From: Amoebidium appalachense
Lineage: Eukaryota > Protista > Ichthyosporea
Length of the DNA: 64,000 bases
Direction of reading: 5' to 3'
Assembly: GCA_963693365.1 (NCBI GenBank)
Contig: CAVNZM010000006.1
Coordinates: forward strand, 10,481,355 to 10,545,354
Positions 13,917-27,300 of the stretch are shown here, piece by piece. The position numbers were made by a program, and so were the translations under genes. How positions within the stretch are numbered: the stretch's first letter is position 1; the number at the start of each line of letters is the position of its first letter. Below the pieces are notes generated by a model. That model did not search any database. It worked only from the letters and a program-made list of their open reading frames with translations, and was not told the DNA's origin.

Positions 13917-14807
13917 ATGGAGGAACGACACCTCAGTCTCCTCACGGCCAACCTGTTGGCACCCTGCAACAACCGCTATGATGGAGGTCACAAAAAAGAG
14001 AGTGCGGACCAGGACGCATACACCAGGCGCAATATAGCACTGGCCGATTTACTAGTGAGTGCACACAGTGATATCATCTGTGTGCAGGAGTTCTGGTTTG
14101 AGCTGAGTCTTATGGAGATATACACCACACGGTTTCAAGACACTCATACCACTTATAAAACAAAGCGGCCGGGGACAAAGCAGGACGGGTTAGTGTGTTT
14201 TGTGCACAAAGATGTCGAAGTGGTTAAGTTTGGAGACTTGAATTTTGCAGACGTAGGCCAGCGGGCAGCACAGTTTCTTCACGTACGTGTTACATCTTCT
14301 GATGGTCAGTATATGGAAAACGCGATAGTGGTCAACACACACCTTGCCGTGCCTGAGCAGGCATGGGACGAGCAGCACCGACAGGAACAGATAGCGGCTA
14401 TAACGGGGGAGGTGGACAAGTATCTGAAGCAGGAAGGGTTGGAGGCCGTGTGCTTCATCCTCGGAGACCTGAACGGTATGCAGCACATACAGACCCACCT
14501 GGCAGACAAAGGCTACTACATAGCAGCTAACGTGGAGGGAGAGGAGAGCGCAGAAGCGCACGCAGAGAGCACGGAGGTCACACGCACAGTCACACACAAG
14601 ACCGAAAAAGGCGGGGAGGTGGAAGCTGACTATGTGCTGTTTCGGCCTAGTGCCTCCACCCAGGTGGTGCTGCACAGGTGTGTGCTGCTGCCTGCCCAGT
14701 ACCCGCCCTCCCCTTGGCCGGCCCAGTTCACCTTGTCGGATCATAGGCCACTGCTGGTGGAGTTGGCACTGGTCAGGGGAGAGGCGGGGGTTGAGCCTGC
14801 CGAATAG
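13917..14807 (+). CDS. Endonuclease/exonuclease/phosphatase (EEP) family protein, CCR4/nocturnin-like; single exon
   Basis: Uninterrupted 296-aa ORF from ATG 13917 with the EEP motifs in order: LLTANLLAP, DIICVQEFW, KQDGL, VVNTHL, ILGDLN, EADYVLF, LSDHRPLLVEL. Confidence 0.88.
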   Translation: MEERHLSLLTANLLAPCNNRYDGGHKKESADQDAYTRRNIALADLLVSAHSDIICVQEFWFELSLMEIYTTRFQDTHTTYKTKRPGTKQDGLVCFVHKDVEVVKFGDLNFADVGQRAAQFLHVRVTSSDGQYMENAIVVNTHLAVPEQAWDEQHRQEQIAAITGEVDKYLKQEGLEAVCFILGDLNGMQHIQTHLADKGYYIAANVEGEESAEAHAESTEVTRTVTHKTEKGGEVEADYVLFRPSASTQVVLHRCVLLPAQYPPSPWPAQFTLSDHRPLLVELALVRGEAGVEPAE

Positions 14808-15186
14808 GCACGTTGTTTTCTTCTCTGTGCGCCTTTATAGAGTTGCACCCCCCCCTCCCCCCCCCCCCCCCTCTCTCTCTCTCTCCCCCCCCCCCCCCCT
14901 TCCCCCACCCCCGCCCTTCCAGATGCCTCCCCTTTCTTCTCCGTTCCAGACGTACAAACTTGTATGTCTGCTCGTTTGATGCAGAGGGTTTTTTGCTCTG
15001 TGTTTACCTATGCACACACGCACATACCGACACAAATATACACACGAACATTTTTTCAAACACGCAAACACACGACGAACAAGCTGCATGCAGGCATGCA
15101 CAGAGCCACACACATGCACCGGCACACACACCCACACTCGCTCGCATACACAAATTCTTACACACACACACACACACGCACACACA

Positions 15187-15221
<35 letters not shown>

Positions 15222-15979
15222 AATATATGAAACACGTATGTATGCAAGTATGTGTGTGTGTATGTATGTTTAGAAGACTTCGTGTCTTGTTCAGCGTACT
15301 TTGTTCAGTTAATTTAAACAACAACACGACCAATGCACGTGTGCTACCCCACCCTTCCCCCCGCCCTCCCCTCCCTCCCTGCATGCGTAAGTCACTCCTG
15401 TTTCCCCACCCACATGAGGCTACCCACTTGTTTCATCTATGTGCTTCTAGTAAGATGCGAGTGTAGGAGTTTATGGTTAACATGTCCACCGTTCATTTGT
15501 GTGACGGAAAGCAGCACGATTTTTCCCCCCTTTATCGAAAACACACACTAAGATCCCACCTCATGAATGTACATATGCCAGTAGCACAGTTCAACCTATG
15601 CCGTTACCATAGGCTTCTGAACATAAACACTGCTAAGACTGTATAATAGAAAATCGAAGCTTTGTGAATTATTACGTAAAGGATATGAGATATAGGGCGC
15701 CGAGGGTGTTCAACAAACATCGGGGAGAAAGCATACATTCACTCCATGACCTACCCCCCTCCCCCCCCCTCTCCCCTCCCCCGCCCCTTCTGACCCTTCC
15801 CCGATGCCCCCTCCCTCACAGTGTCTCTGTCTCCCTCCTACCTCCCCCTTCTCTCTTGCTCTCTCCTCTCTGTTTCTCTCCCCCCCCCTTCCCCCCTCCC
15901 CCCTCCCGTCCTAGGATCCTCTCTCCCCTGTCGAGATCTCCCTCTCTCCCTCTCCCCTGGGCCCCCGTCCCCCCCCCCC

Positions 15980-16010
<31 letters not shown>

Positions 16011-17373
16011 CGTTTCTCTCTCTCCCCCCTCTCTCTCTTCCTTCCCCCCCCCCCCCCCTCCCCCCTGTCTCTCCCTCTTCCCGGCTCTCTCACCGGTTGT
16101 TCTCTGTTCACATGTGGTTGAGAATAGGAAGTTAGGGATCTGGTAGTTGACATATGTGCTTTCTGCCTGCGCCACTGTGTTGATTTCTGTGAGAGTTTGA
16201 TTTTATTTTGTTTAATGCCTTTGCTCCCATGTAGGCCACAACACATTCCCCCCCCCCCCCCCCCCCCCCCCCCCAAAAGGCCCCACCATGAGTGGATATA
16301 TTCAACATGATCCCGGATCCCGTTCCCATTATTTGCACGGTTAGAAGGGCGAGCCTTAAATTGGTGACACTGCCGATTGTGTTGCACACTTGCGAGATGT
16401 TTCCACGTTGGCTGTGTGGCTTATTGTGCTGGAGCGAGATCAAAAGTGGTTGCAGTCCTTTTTTTCATCACGGCCGAGCTAAGTAGCATTATTCCATAGG
16501 TACGTATGCAGTAGTAGGCTTGTGCGCATGCCGTGTCTTTTTCGAAATCAATATTTGTGCTCTCGTGCCTGCAATTGCGTGGCGCGAAAGACACAGGCAG
16601 CACCATAGGCCAGTGCCCTCCCCCCCCCCTCTCTTTCTCTCTCCCCCTTCCCCCCCCCCCCCCCCCCCCCAGGTATCGACGGGGGAGCTTCCTAGAAGCC
16701 CCGTCTCCTGAGTTCCTATCTATATTTTTCTTGCTTCTGCTTACTGCTGCAACTTTAACCCCCGGCCTTTCCCACTGCCCTTGCCTGCATAAGCAACCCT
16801 GCTCGTCTCTGATCAAGACGGGTGACCTACTCATGTTCAAGTGAAACAGTATCTGAGTTGGGTTTCGTTAACGAGGGGAATAGGTCGAAACTCGGGTACT
16901 GTGGATGACGTGGGCCCCCCCTGAGGATGGGCTCTGCTTATTATGCATACTCTTTATGTATGGCTTGCATTCTGCATCGTGTTATCCGTTTGTTCTTGTG
17001 TACTTCGTACTTTTTAACGCATTCAAAACCCCCCCCCCCCCCCTCCCCCTCCCTCTGAAGCTCCCTCCCTTCCTCTCCTCTCCTCTACCCGAGTCCCCAC
17101 CCAAACCTTAGCTGGCTTTATAACTACGTGGTTAATGTAGCCCCCACGTCCCGTTTAACACCTAGCCTCCCACACGAAGCCATTCAATTGCGCTAGGACT
17201 TCCCGGTTAGGAGCAGGTTATAGCCACGTAACTGAACGGAAAGCAACGAAAGTTGCACTCGGTCGATGGCCCGGGGCCTGTAGGGCCTTCCAAGTTCCGA
17301 GACCCCAGACGATCGAGACTCTGATGTCTGACCACGGCCCTCTCAACACTCTGACAGCTCACTCTGACCTATT

Positions 17374-17494
17374 AAAAGAGTAACCAATTATGGTTCGTAG
17401 ATCTTTTTTTGTGCATTTTATTTGTTGGTTTGTAAAAAGAGTAACCAATTATGGTTCGTAGATCTTTTTTTGTGCATTTTATTTGTTGGTTTGT
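17374..17494. repeat. Direct tandem duplication, 2 copies, period 61 bp
   Basis: AAAAGAGTAACCAATTATGGTTCGTAGATCTTTTTTTGTGCATTTTATTTGTTGGTTTGT occurs at 17374 and 17435. Confidence 0.95.
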
Positions 17495-17966
17495 TTTTAC
17501 AAGTCATGGAATGGGTCCTCGAATGTGATTGGCTTAAACGGCACCTTGTGTTTGCGCAAACATATCACTGATTGGCTAATTGATCCCCAACAACTTCAGG
17601 ACAGCACATAGTGGGTCAGTGACGCACCCGACCCAACCAAGTTACGCTGGTTGCTGAAGCTGGTTGTTGACTCAGGCTGAGTTTTCATTTATTCCATGTA
17701 TAGTATCTGAGTCAACTTCCGAAGAGGCCGAAAGCTATGCCTGGTTCCCTCTTGCTTCATCACATTGCCTAGATCTGGTCATGTGCTCGACGGGCTGTTC
17801 TCGAGAATTCATTTCGTACCTAGGCAGATCCCATCACGATCTTTAACTTGACCTAGGCCTATTCTCCAGTACACGGCTGACTCCCTGTAGGCCAAGTTCG
17901 GCCATATCTGATACACGGCAGCTGTGTACCATTTCGCATATCAGTTAAGTGGACTCATTGCTCGCA

Positions 17967-18572
17967 ATGACGGACTCGTGCTCCTTCGGTGGTGCGCTCA
18001 TTGCAGCAGCGTCTCTTGGTTGCACCATTGCCGCCCTGGTCAGCCCCTCGTGGATACAGGCAGAAACAGAAGCAGGCCAGATAGTGCACGTGGGGCCAAC
18101 TGGAGCATGTGGAAGTGACGAGAGCTGCATAGGTTACATGGTGAACTTTACCATGTCAAACATCCCACACCCCACCGTGCTCAACCAGGAATTTTCAGTC
18201 AGCGAGTGGCGGGTGTGCTTTATCCTTCTTGCTGTGGCGGCGGCTTTCCTCGCTGTGGCATTCTCCCTTGGTCTGGCTAGCTGCTGCCTGAACAGCCTTT
18301 GTCTTTTCTGTGTGGGTGCCCCTCTTGGGTCCATTTCTGGATTGTTTTGCCTTGTAGCATTCGTCCTTGAGGTGGTTGGCGTTTGTTATTTTGTATACAG
18401 GTTTGATGCGGCTGGTGTTTGTGGGCCAAGGGCTGGGCCATTTCAGATAGGAGACTGCACACTATCATGGGGCATGTGGTCATGCATAGGTGGCGTGGCA
18501 GGTTGCTTGGTGGCCACAGTTCTGTTTGGCACTGGTCCAATACGCAAGATTTGTGCCGGCAGAGGTAAGTAA
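17967..18572 (+). CDS. LHFPL/TMHS-like tetraspan membrane protein (claudin superfamily); single coding exon
   Basis: 201-aa ORF with four hydrophobic segments. The first loop has SPSW and two Cys. The second loop VCGPRAGPFQIGDCTLSWG matches the LHFPL-family CG..A..Y..G.C..GW signature (recognised from family knowledge). Confidence 0.75.
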   Translation: MTDSCSFGGALIAAASLGCTIAALVSPSWIQAETEAGQIVHVGPTGACGSDESCIGYMVNFTMSNIPHPTVLNQEFSVSEWRVCFILLAVAAAFLAVAFSLGLASCCLNSLCLFCVGAPLGSISGLFCLVAFVLEVVGVCYFVYRFDAAGVCGPRAGPFQIGDCTLSWGMWSCIGGVAGCLVATVLFGTGPIRKICAGRGK

Positions 18573-19368
18573 ACATATGGATAGTACTTTTACATTTGTG
18601 ATGATATAATGTGTGGTTAAGTTGTTTTTTTAGCGGCTCCCAAATTTTGGAGGGAGAAACCCCTACATATATTCAAATACTATGGCATCTAAGGAATTCG
18701 TGTATTTAGATTTCTAATTCTTTCTTGGAGTTCTTCTGTGTCTTTCTCCGCGACGCGCGCACGCTCACAAATGCTATCGTGTTTACCAACATCATCATCA
18801 TGAAGCGAGACTACAGTTTATTATAAATGTGTACTCGCCATTCTTATAACACTTCTCTTTTTGTCAACTTCACACCATCCTCAAAGAAATTGTGATCTAG
18901 TGATGCGCTCCATGCACACCGTGACGGCATCATGACACATACACACTTGCACAACACTGCATAGTATACACTTGCACAACACTGCATAAACAGACATGCA
19001 CACACAACAACACGCTACTAAGCTGCTAGGATACATTCAACTTTAGCCGACGGTGCACATCTGTGTGTGTTGCTGAAGGTTCCGCAAATTCATTAGTAAA
19101 AACAGTCTTTTTTTTGCAGTCAAGCAAGGTTTCACTAGGTTTTTCGGTGCATAAGTTGGTCGTGTTGACATATAACAATGATTAGTACGTTTGTATTAGT
19201 TGATGATGGGGGGGGGGGGGGGGGGGGGGGGTTCAACACGAAGTGAGAGAGAAATTGGTTGTTTTTTTTTATAGAAGAGAAAGCGGATGTATTTGTGCAC
19301 TAATGCATGCTCGCATCGAGAGTATACTCAGTGAATGCGTGCAACGATGTGTCTGTGCGTGTGTTACT

Positions 19369-19410
<42 letters not shown>

Positions 19411-19634
19411 AGGGAACCCACACAACCCTCCAGTCAGCAGGGGGAGGGGAAGGTGGGGACCCACCTACTCAGGTGCCCACCCTACTCCACTGGCTGCCAT
19501 GACTAGATTAATTCACCTCAGTGATCATATAGTAGCACTATGATTTAGCAGTAGTTTACTTACATTCCCACACTGCAGACATTAAAGGTTCGGAGTCCTC
19601 GATCACTTCAAACTCAGGCTACGCCGTACGGTCA

Positions 19635-19697
<63 letters not shown>

Positions 19698-21178
19698 ACA
19701 CACACGCCCTTCCCCCCCCGAGCCCTTCATTCCCCCCCCCCCTGTTCCCCCCTCCCTCCCCCCCCCCCCCCCCCGGTGCGGCCTGGGGGGGACCCATCTC
19801 AAGTCTCCCCACCGTGTACGCGCACACGTGCACAGAATTGAAATTCACACGTATCCATCATCACACGTACCGTAATACGCACACATACCACACGTGCACC
19901 CGCAGCCGAGGGCAAAAACCAGTGATGTGCACCTGCACATTACGAAGTACATGAAATTAAACTCACCCACACCACAAAAATATGGTTTAGTGCCCCCCCC
20001 CCTCCTCCCCCCCCCCCCCCCCCCTCCCCCCCCCTTCCCCAACACACACACATACCAGCTGCACGGTGAGCACGTAGTGACTCCCTTCGCAAAAACGCCT
20101 TTTCAATTTCCTATATGGGTGTTAACGCTGCCCACCATCATTAACGATTTGTAATAATTAACCGTAACGAATACAGGTTAGTGGGTGGAAAAGAGATCTT
20201 TGACCATCTGATTCACGCGTATTCGTACGGCCGGGGCGCGAGCGGGCGTGGGGGGAGGTGGGGGGGGGGGGGGGGGGGGGGGGTGGGAGGGACGCGCCGT
20301 CCCCTGCGGTTTCTTGAGGAGGGTGGGGGGAACACACTTACTCCACGGATTAGGTGGTCAACCCCCCTTCCTCCCAGGGCCTGGCCCTGGAGCGAGGTGA
20401 GACTCTCTTGGGAACGTCGATATTTACCAATTTACCCCTCCTCCCCCCCCCCCCCCCCCCCCCCCCCCCCATTTCACTGGCAATTGCAGGAATCCCTAGC
20501 TCGATTAATCTCATCATACCCCTAAATGATATACGAATACATTTACAGACTGAGTACTCTGAATCATTTTTATTCAACGTTTTATCCCATATATATATAT
20601 ACTGCCCTCCCCCACCCCCCCTCCTTTTTTTTATTTATTTTTTTTCTTTTTTTTTAATATAACCTCAGAGGTTACCGTCTCCCACTTGGCTCTGCCTGTA
20701 CCCTCAGCTGCAGGCAGGATGGTATACCGATATCAGAATACCCATGTACCTATACACGTTCCTGCCTATGAGCATTCACACTAATAGGCCAGATCAGTCT
20801 CAGCCATGCTAGTGGGGACGGAAAGGGGTCCTGTCTCATGGAAACTACCGTCTTCCACCAAGCACCGATTGTTACAGTACCCCACCTAGGTTGATTTTGG
20901 CGCAGTCAGCTAAGCTAACACACCTTTGCCAATCCTAACTACTGGTACGCACTTAAGCTTAGCCCAGGGTTTTTGCCCCAGCTTCGCTAGTGGGAGTAGT
21001 ACTCTGAATCAGGTGCAATGTCATTCTGCCTGGGGGTACTACCCGTACCACTAGAGCACTAGTACTGTTGTAGGCAGACACAGCGAGGCTGAATTGTGGA
21101 AGACAGCTACCTGGAAATTAGCCACCGGGTCGGGTAAAGAGATTGAGGGGAGAGGGGGGGGGGGGGGGGGGGGGGGGG

Positions 21179-21214
<36 letters not shown>

Positions 21215-22766
21215 GAGAGGGGGGGGGGGGAGGGGAGGGGAAGGGGGGAGGTGGGGTGGGGGGGGGGGGGGGGGGTATGCATATGGGGGGGGGGGGGGGG
21301 GGGGGGGGGGGTTGCCGGGGAAGTGACCCGGGGACAAATTGCCAACGGTTCCCCAACGTCTATGTACGTATACATGTATGTTTAATGCATAGTCCTGGAC
21401 TATGCCATATGCTGGGAGAAGAAATCTCGATCGCGAGCTCTTATAATTAGTACTAGTAACCTATGTACTGGAAGCTACTGCTGGGTTCAATGACCTTTAA
21501 ACTCATAAGGATCAGGGGGGAGTGTCAGAAAGACTGTGCGCCCACACCCCACTACTGCACTCCAAGGCCTCCTACTCTGACTGCACACCGGGCATGATGA
21601 TGCAGCTGATATCGATGCAGCCACATGCACCGCAAGATGAGTTCCTCCAAATTTAAACCTCTATGTGCGGGGCGAAATTAAGGGATTTGCAAATTTCCGG
21701 GGATTTTCTGTTCGTCTTTTGACTTGTTTTCTTCAACCGGCGGAGATTGGCGGCGCGGGCCCGGACCCGGCCTGGCCCGCCGTTCTACACGCTGAACCTT
21801 TGTTAGCCCCAAAAAGTGACCTTTAGATCCATGCGCAGCTGCCTTATATAGTATGATCTGAAACTTTTGTCCAATGAAAATCGTTATCACTCCCAATTTG
21901 GAAAGTGACTTTCGGGCCAAAAAGCTACCTAATCGGATCGCTAAAACGGTTTGGGTCTCTGCACGGTAGTATACCCGTGACTACTGAACCGGCCCGTATG
22001 AAAGGGATAGATATACCCGGCAGCGTTTTGTTTGATTCCTTTGCCAACTTCATGCCGAGTGAAGGGAGTACTTGCTTGTGTACTTACCCCCCCCAAATGA
22101 AAATTTTTGTGTTTTTCAATTTAAAGGTTTGGGCATTTCAGGGGCTGAACATTAGCATATATATGAATGACAGTGTATGCGCGCAGCGTGCATGCTTTGG
22201 TGTCATCGATTGCATGATCATGAACATATATCCGGTTTATTTTGTTGTCAAAAAAAAGCATAAGCTATCTCTAATATATAGTAAGCTATGAAGCCCAAAT
22301 ACGGAACGACACCCCTCAAACAACAGTTCTTTCCATCAAAGAGCACCCCTATTTCTGGTGTTATCTCTGATCCACACCCGCGCCGCTATCTGCATGCGGA
22401 GCTTATGCCCCAGTCTAGGTGTACGCTGCATGTATAAGGCGCGATGGTGATCCATGGAATCTTACGAGTGAGCCAACAGCAAGTGTATGCTAAGATACAC
22501 TGTAATAAACACGTACACGTGCAATTGCACAATCACCTCTGTGCTTAACGAAACCCTTTTCAACAAAAAATCAAAAACATTTAAAGACAAGCAGAATTTA
22601 GTTACGGACGTGGGGACGTATGTATAGCAGATATATTGATATAATTAAATAGGAAGGAACCCTGGAAAGAACACTCCATGAAGGAGTTCTGGTCAGGGAA
22701 GGCTCACCTATATACAAATGCGACCCCATTTCAATAGGTTTGGGAGATCGACGTCAAGCCTCTCTA

Positions 22767-22846
22767 AGCCAATCAGTAGTCAGTAGTGACGCCATTTTGA
22801 TGCATTTTCAGCCAATTAATGTTGTTAATGAATTGCAGCCAATCAC
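22767..22846 (+). promoter_or_regulatory. Cluster of three CCAAT (NF-Y-type) boxes upstream of the second protease
   Basis: AGCCAATCAG at 22767, AGCCAATT at 22810 and AGCCAATCAC at 22837, all in the same orientation within 80 bp. Confidence 0.45.
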
Positions 22847-23531
22847 TGAACTCGAACCCGCCCAGTGCACCAGCGAGAACTCGCAGAAAACTTTGAAAGG
22901 AAGTATCAAACTGCGATGTTTTTCCCTGCCAATACATCATAACCTACTCTTCTACTATACTCAGATTATTCTTTTTCTTTGATTTATGGCCAAGTATAAC
23001 CAAGCGACGGGAAATCAAGATTCAGTAAAGTTTCAACATCGAAAATCAACGCCACAGGGTTCGACCAAGCCAACATAGTATTGCAAACACCAAATTGTTG
23101 GTCGACTACCGAGGCTTACGCCAGCAGATGACAACATTGCCTGCGGGGACTTCGTGTGATATGAAGATAATACTAGCTCAGTGAATGACTATCGTGTTAG
23201 TTAGTAAATGTAATAGCATAAACCCTAACATTATCTACGACATAATTATAAACGACAGGCTGTAGGCTGCAGCGTCCGAAACATTGCATATTTGCGCACG
23301 TGCACAGACAAGCACAAGTGATGCATTGAGGCTTACACTGATATTCGAACGGTAACCGGTTATATGTATTTCTGTATTAAAGAATATACAGGCAAATTTT
23401 GGGCAAGGGCACAGACGTCTCTTCAAACCGTGCGTGCGCGCGTACCGCCACCTTTTAGTGTTCAAACACAGATAGGCTCTAGCTAGGAGCTAGGTTCGAG
23501 TTCCAGAGCCATAAATGAAAAACCATTGAAA

Positions 23532-24276
23532 ATGAAGGTGAAACCAACTGTATTAGCTGTTTCATCGTACTTGCTCTTTCAAATCGGCGTGGATGCAAAA
23601 CACCACCATACACATATGCATGCCAACAATACGGTAACCCATAACAATTCCCACCCAACTATGCTTGCCTCCTCCGGAAGAACAGGCATAGGATTCAAGC
23701 CCATCATCGGGGGAACTGCACTGGAAAGAAATGAAAGTCCCTCGTGGATGGTTTCCGTTAGAAGCTACAATGGAAAGACTTACTCGCACTACTGTGGTGG
23801 TACCGTAATTGATAGCAGCTGGGTTCTGACCGCTGCACACTGCGTGTACGAGCGTGACCCAACGAGGTTAAGGATATACATTGGGGGAGCTTCACTTGCA
23901 AGTAATGGGGAATTTTTTGGAGAAAAACGTCGCAGCGCTGTACCCTCACCCGTCATACGGCAAGGGGGATTTGCTGGATGACATTGGCCTAATACAGCTC
24001 TCAACACCAACAAGTAAGTGCCCTCGGGAGGCACTTTGACTGCCAAAGTGTCATCCCCCACCGGTCCCTAACCGGAAGAAAAAGAGAACAAGCGGAAATG
24101 TGGAAGACACAGAAGACACACAAGCATGCAAGAAAAGCACGAAAGAATCGGCTTGGGTATAATGCACAGCTATCCCACCCGTTTGTTTCCTCATCAGATT
24201 TGACACTCACCTCTACACTCGCTTGCAGTTCCCAGGACCTTTCAAAATACACAACATGTTTCCACTTCTGATCCTC

Positions 24277-24339
<63 letters not shown>

Positions 24340-27300
24340 CGCCCCCTCCCTCCTCCCTCCCATCCGGTCTGCTGATCTCCCCAATAATTCTGCCGTTCAA
24401 ACCTCTCATAATTACTTCATTCCAACTACATAATCGCACGTCCGAGATTTATGTCAACAAAATTTATCCCAGGCCTTCCTACCTCCCCCCCCCCCCCCCC
24501 CCCCCCGCCCCCCCCGCCCCCCCCCCCCACCACCCCCTGGGCCTTCATCCCAACACCGTTACATATTCATACCTACACATATACACAACACACACACACA
24601 CCGTGTGTGACACACACACACACACACACACATACACACCCATACACACCCACACACAGACAAAAACACGTATACACATGCACACACAACACACACACTG
24701 AAACACACACACACACACGCACAAAAACAAACACACATACAAACACACCCACCCACCCACACCCACCCACACACACACACACACAAACACACACCGCACG
24801 TACCGTATAAACACACACATGCACGGTTACACATTCACACATACACACACACACATGCACGCAAAGACAGACCTGCACGCACGCGCACACGCACGCACAC
24901 ACACATGCACACACACATGTACATGCACACGCACACACGTGCGCGCGCGCGCGCACACACACACACACACACACAAACACATACACACACACACCATGCC
25001 ACAACACCAGTCCACACCACCGACATTGTCAACTTCATATTACTAAAGACATCCCTCTCGTCATCCTTGTTACAACATGTCCAGGCTCTGTGTGTCTCCT
25101 TTCTATTTATGGAGTCGTGTTTTAACCCTCCCTCCTTTTGCCTCTCCAGAACTTATGTAAGTACATACCCTACCTTTTCAAAACCACTCCTTATCCACTC
25201 CTACTCTAATCCTTATCTAACTATCTAACTTTACCCTCACAGGGGGCCCACACACGTTATAAACCCATTCCTACCCCCCCCCCCCCCCCCCCCCCTCCCC
25301 CTCCCCCCCCCCCCCCCCCCCCCCCCCCTCCCCCCCCCCTCCCCCCCCCTTACACCCAAACACATGCACACACACCACCACCACCACCAAACAAAAGAAA
25401 CTGAAGGTTAGCACTGCCGGTCTAAACCAGCCCAAAATAACGAAAACAAACCAATATTACCTCCCCTTCCCGCCCTACCCCACCACCATGTCTGATACTC
25501 ACATTCCCTCCCCCCCCCCCCCCCCCCCCCCTCCCCCCCCCCCCCCCCCCCGCCCTCACCAATCCCTCCCTTTCACCCGGCCCCGTGCCCTTCAAAGTTC
25601 AAACCTCCACCATCCTTCGCTGACGTCTTACCCCCCTCCCCCCCCCCCCCCCCCCCCCCCCCTTCCCCATATCACCCGACCTCAGAGAACCGACCAATCA
25701 GCACACGGGCCTCAGAGAATGCGATTGTGCCCGACTCACCCCTCTCTGTGATTGGCTGGGGATCCACCGTGGTAACCGATCCGGGTGCTGAGACGAATAG
25801 GCCGACCCCCCTATCGGACGCACTGCTGCGTGTCACCGTGCCTGCCACCAGCAACACCAAATGTTCGGCTGTGTTTTTTCTTTCAAATGCGGCCATGAAG
25901 CAGATGTTTTGTGCAGGCGGGGTGGCGGGTAAGGATGCCTGCCAGGGAGATAGTGGGTATGTTATAGTCCCTTCCTCCCCTCCCCCCCCCCCCCCCCCCC
26001 CCGGGGACCCCCCCACCCCTTCTCTCTCCCCCCCCGCTCCCCCGCCAACTATCCCTACCCCCGTCCTCCCCTGGCCCCCTTTCGGTCCCCAGCCTCCCGC
26101 ACTGCTTCCCCACTCACCTTGTAGAATATGAAACGGGAAGCGATTGAATGATGAGGGGATTTGCTGTGCTCAAAACACACCAGCCGCACACGAACAAAGG
26201 CCTTATTTATTTTTTATTTCTATTTATTAATTTTTATTTATTTTATGGTAAACTCTCTACATCAACTGCATGCCAAAGCCTTTTGCCATGGGTACCGAGT
26301 CCGGTTTTTCCGCTGCCACGATTCCATGGATAATGCTGTGTACGTGTCCTGCTACACTAAAAACACATACTGTTGAAGTGTGCTGGGATTAGGGCACTGA
26401 TATCATATACGACAATGCGAGTGTGATCCGCATGCCAAACATGAGCCTTGCCTGCCCTGTTTTTGCCGGTATATTCGCTTCACTGATTGAGTATGGTATG
26501 TGCATGCCTGCAAGTGTTTGTGTAGCTCCATGTATGTGCTTGCACCAAGTCTTGCACCAAGCTCTGTGTTGATGGAACTGATCACACTATTTTTGCACAT
26601 TTCAAAGCCCCCCTGTTCCCCTCCTCCCCCCCCTCCCCCCCCCCCCCCCCCCCCGGCATCCCCCCCCTTCTTCACCCCGTCCCCTTTCGGCCAACGAGGC
26701 TCTCTTTCCTCCCTTCCCATTCCATGGGGCCCCTTCCCCTGGGCCATCAACCCCCTCCCCTCCCCATTTCCCCCACCCCCACCCCCTCCGCCGAGGATGG
26801 GCTCTAGATCTCCGTATGCATAAACTATATTGATGTGCTTTGCACTCTACATTGTGCTGTCCGTTGTGATTGTGTATTTCGCATTCTATAACATATCCCC
26901 CCTCCCCTTCCCCCCCCCCCCCCCCCCCCCTCCCCACACCCACAACACACACAACACACCCACACACCAACCCACCCACCCACCTACTCACCACCACCAC
27001 AACCACCACTATGACCACCACCAATCCCCATCCCAATCTACTCTTCCACCCCAACGTGTGGCTTCCCTTCATTGCCATGTTGTAGTACACAAATATTCGC
27101 TGAAAGCGTCTGCACATTGTTAACGTGTTCGGAAATTTGGGGCATAATGCTCATTTTATATTCGCACCAACACAGAGGCCCCATTTTGGACGACCGGATG
27201 ACAGTCCAGCTGGGAGTGGTGGCAGCTGGCCGGGGATGTGGCATTGCACGAAACCCGGGTTTATACACACGTGTGAGCTACTATAACACGTGGATACAGG

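Noticed and set aside
14190-14744. 184-aa antisense ORF overlapping the EEP gene, and similar antisense ORFs over UGDH and the Cys-rich exon
   Set aside because: Shadow ORFs expected from GC-rich codon usage on the coding strand.
21035-21063. Helitron-like 3' end (GGTAC-loop-GTACC hairpin then CTAGT)
   Set aside because: The stem is only 5 bp, and no 5' end, second copy or Rep/helicase remnant is visible.
21905-22291. 128-aa non-repetitive intergenic ORF
   Set aside because: It starts at GTG, and shows no recognisable domain or coding-like composition.
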